Source of the DNA: Setoptus koraiensis
Taxonomy: Eukaryota > Animalia > Arthropoda
Length of the DNA stretch: 64,000 bases
NCBI GenBank assembly: GCA_048013815.1
Contig: CM106586.1
Span: 22,382,001 to 22,446,000 of the forward strand
Direction of reading: 5' to 3'
Below the pieces are notes generated by a model. That model did no database searches, was not told where the DNA came from, and saw only the letters and a list, made by a program, of their open reading frames with translations. Position 1 is the stretch's first letter, and the number at the start of each line of letters is the position of its first letter. Of this stretch, positions 61,218-64,000 are shown in pieces. The translations under genes were made by a program, and so were the position numbers.

Positions 61218-64000
61218 TGCCATTATGCCCTGCATTGTAACCGGGAATATTCTGATTCAATTCATTCATTATTTCATTGATAGTCTTGTCTATCAGATTG
61301 GAAGCCTGTTCGATGGCCACCAGAGCCTCATGGTATTCCCTGTGTTGTTGTTGTTGTGAAAGATTGGGTTTGAGACGAATTAATCGATTAATTAATTGGT
61401 TGATTGATTATTGCATTTCGCAAAGCACGGAAATATACATAATACCGATGTAATGTGACCGAAAATTATATATTTTCGCGAGCAAACTCACCCCAGATCC
61501 TTGAGAATTTGGGCCTTGGAGAAGTAGCCCTCGTAAGAGGACGACTCTATAAGAATGGTCATATGTGCGTCCTCGAGAGCTTTCATGTAATTCTGGCGAA
61601 ATAAAAACAACAAAACAAACAAAAAATGTCACGTACGAATAGATGAGTGACAGATCGGAAGAATTGCAGCTAATTGCATAGCGGTTATATGACATAATCG
61701 GTTTATACCTTTCGTTTGCGTTCGCATCTCGATAGACCAAGATACAATTGATATTTTGTTTGTTGCATGGACTCCAGAATGGTGTCATCAAACACTTGTT
61801 GCTGATAGTCGTTTGAGTAATGTGTCCTCATCATGTTTCGCTCATTGAAGGGCCGACAAAATGGGGGCTGTCCGTGTTCAATCAGTGCCAGACGCTTCAG
61901 GGCATACTCAAACCTGTAGACGGCCGCGTCCAATTGCAGCTTCTGCAAATCAACAAATAAATGAAAGCGATTGATCAAATTAATTAGCAGTTAATTAATA
62001 ACGGTGCATCGATTCAATGATCCCCGACGGACACCGATGATAGGCTCACCTTGTACAGGTAGTAACCGTCTTGGCAGAGTTTCTTGAGAAGGGCGTCCAG
62101 TATGACCAGCTTGCCGTTGGCGCACTCCCATGTCTTGGAGCCCAGTTTGGCCCCGTTCTGCAGCAGATATTCTATGAGTATCATGTTGTCCTGTGACGCG
62201 GCACAATATTGAGCTGCAGCGTTGCGTTGTTGCGATGTGGGGGGGGGGCGAAAAGAATTGTGCGGACAGGTGAGCCGAAAAGAATTGCGCGGACAGGTGA
62301 GGCGAAAGTTGCGACTTTGGGCGCCATCTCGATGTGCTCACTGCGGTCCTCATACTCACCGATTACCCGATCCAGCAGTCGCAATCCGTTCTTGTCTTTG
62401 TGCTCGAAGTTGGCCCCACTGTCCACCAGCATCTTGAGCTGTCGTTTCGCGATGGGGGCGCGCATTTGCGACAGATTGGGATAGAGTGCATACGATGCGA
62501 TGATGGGGGATATAGAGAGATATTCAAATTAGCCAAAGCAATGTGATATTCAAATTGGCCAAAAAAGCGAAATATTCAAATTAGCCGAAACAGCGACATA
62601 TTCAAATTAGCCAAATCGCATTCGGCGAGTCGGCGGAGCTCACCATTTTCAGTCGCGAGCCGCGCAAACAGGCGTAATCGAGGGCAGACATGTCGAGCTC
62701 GTTGCGCACATTGAGTTCCGCGTCGCGGCTGTCCAAAATATACTGGACACTCTTGTAATTATCACATTGAATGGCGTGCATCAGCGCACTGGAACCCTGT
62801 ATGTCCGTCGTGTTGACATTGGCCCCATGACCGATGAGGATCTTGGTCACCTTCGAGCTCAGATTGTCCCTGTCCTGGCCGTTGCCGTTTGTTGTCCGCA
62901 TTTGGTCCGTTTCGTCGCTCGAATCGTCCTCGGTCGAGGTGGAGCCGGCCGATAGTTGCTTGCTGTCCGCGTGCAAATGTTTGCCGCAATTGTCGGCCGC
63001 ATTGTCGCCGCTTGCGCTCTTGTTCGGATCGCCACTGGTGGCCGGCAATACCCGAGCGGCGTGTATGAGAGCACTAAAACCAAACGGTTTGTCCTGATTG
63101 TTGATCAGCATGGGAATGTTGGAATCGTTGGTCGCATGGTCGGTTTGTTGTTGCGCGTGCTTGCCGGAAGTGCCCGTGCTCGAGCCGCTGCTTGCGCTGC
63201 TGGCGCCCTTGAGCAGTAGTTGCACCGTGTCCAACAGGTCCGATTCGTGGGCCAATTTGTCGTGTGAGCCAGCCGGCAAATGTAAGCTGGCCAAAAAGCA
63301 ACTGAGCGCGGTTTGATTGAACGCATTCAGCACGTGATGGCTGGCGTGAAAGTCCTCAATTAGCGATCGGCATATATCCAGATTGTTGTTGGTGGCGGCC
63401 GAGGCGGCCCCAGTCAGCGGCGTGTGCCCAGTGAATCGCCTGTCGCATCTATTGATGACGCTCATCAGATCCGGTTTGGTGGCGCTGCTGCTCTGCTTTA
63501 TGAAATATCTCAAGAATCGCATGAGGGCGTCGTATATCTGATAGTGGCCCCTGATGCAAGCGATCACCATAGACTGGTGCAACAAATCCACGAAAAACTC
63601 CTCCTGGTGGCCGCTGTTGATACTGACACAATACACGTAATACAGGTGATCGGTGAGATACTCGACTATTTTCAGCCGGTTGAAGCAGCTCGCCACCAGC
63701 AGCGGATGATAGTGCTCGATGAGCTTGTCGTCCAGGGGCGAACAGCACTGGCGCAGCATTTTTATCTGGCGCGGCGTGATGCGATCCGAGGCCCCGTGCT
63801 CCACAAGCAGCTTCAGTATTTCGGTGTGGCCCTCGTGGGCTGCTATCACCGACGGACTGGACAGGAGCAAATGACGGTGTTGCGCGTCTTCGCGCAACTC
63901 CAGCGCGGGCTTGCCGGCGCCGCTCTTCGCTGCGGTCCGCGCGGTCTGTTGAGCGGCCGCCGAGCCCGACTGGTCGGCGCTCGACAGGTACGGGCTCACG
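61045..64000 (-). CDS. TANC: 3' part of a TANC/rolling-pebbles-like ankyrin plus TPR scaffold; exons >64000-62644, 62438-62360, 62213-62050, 61942-61709, 61592-61492 and 61339-61045
   Basis: Ankyrin repeats (AAHEGHTEILKLLVEHGA, GHTPLTGAA, GSSALMHA), then GAKLGSKTWECA...LLKKLCQDG...AVYRFEYALKR...LYLGLSRCERK...SYEGYFSKA...EYHEALVAIEQA, matching the TANC ankyrin-TPR junction. All five introns are GT-AG and phase-consistent. Confidence 0.85.
62249..62302 (+). repeat. 27-bp tandem minisatellite (2 copies plus a partial third) in a TANC intron
   Basis: CGAAAAGAATTGYGCGGACAGGTGAGS repeated. Confidence 0.85.
62520..62615 (+). repeat. 26-bp-period minisatellite (4 copies) in a TANC intron
   Basis: Core ATATTCAAATTRGCCRAA starts at 62520, 62546, 62572 and 62598, with variable linkers. 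Confidence 0.88.

Noticed and set aside
62520-62615. Regularly spaced repeats with variable linkers (CRISPR-like look)
   Set aside because: Core of only about 17 bp, related 9-bp linkers, located in a spliceosomal intron, and no cas genes; an ordinary minisatellite.

Overview
Eukaryotic, AT-rich, intron-poor arthropod DNA. The compact gene packing, 90-150 bp GT-AG introns and N/Q-rich insertions suggest a small-genome mite (inference, not verified). Tightly packed housekeeping blocks alternate with microsatellite-rich non-coding tracts around beta-tubulin, caudal, and at 43-45 kb and 51-53 kb. Recognisable genes are an M1 aminopeptidase 3' end, ALKBH4, PET117, LRRC47, VPS28, beta-tubulin, TTC8/BBS8 (with an X-box), peroxisomal LONP2, PKN, pelota, caudal, RBM26/27, a MOGAT/DGAT2 acyltransferase, a PHYH-like gene, EXOSC10, a ZNF341-like gene and the 3' part of a TANC/rolling-pebbles-like gene. 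I derived exon junctions by hand and checked reading-frame phase. Most interesting: (1) PET117 and ALKBH4 are 26 nt apart, with an A7 run placed so that a -1 shift fuses them; (2) a PAG/LAT-style transmembrane adaptor with a CxxC motif and 12 YxxI/V motifs; (3) a kinase-less protein kinase D N-terminal module (ubiquitin-like + C1); (4) an inverted duplication of the TANC 3' end in which one arm carries an orphan secreted 6-Cys peptide gene; (5) a PHYH homologue with HxD changed to YxD and a micro-exon-encoded C-terminal IKL; (6) a LONP2 fragment copied next to a decayed Gypsy-like integrase; (7) apparent loss of N-terminal domains in caudal, PKN and RBM26. No rRNA, tRNA or CRISPR array could be supported.
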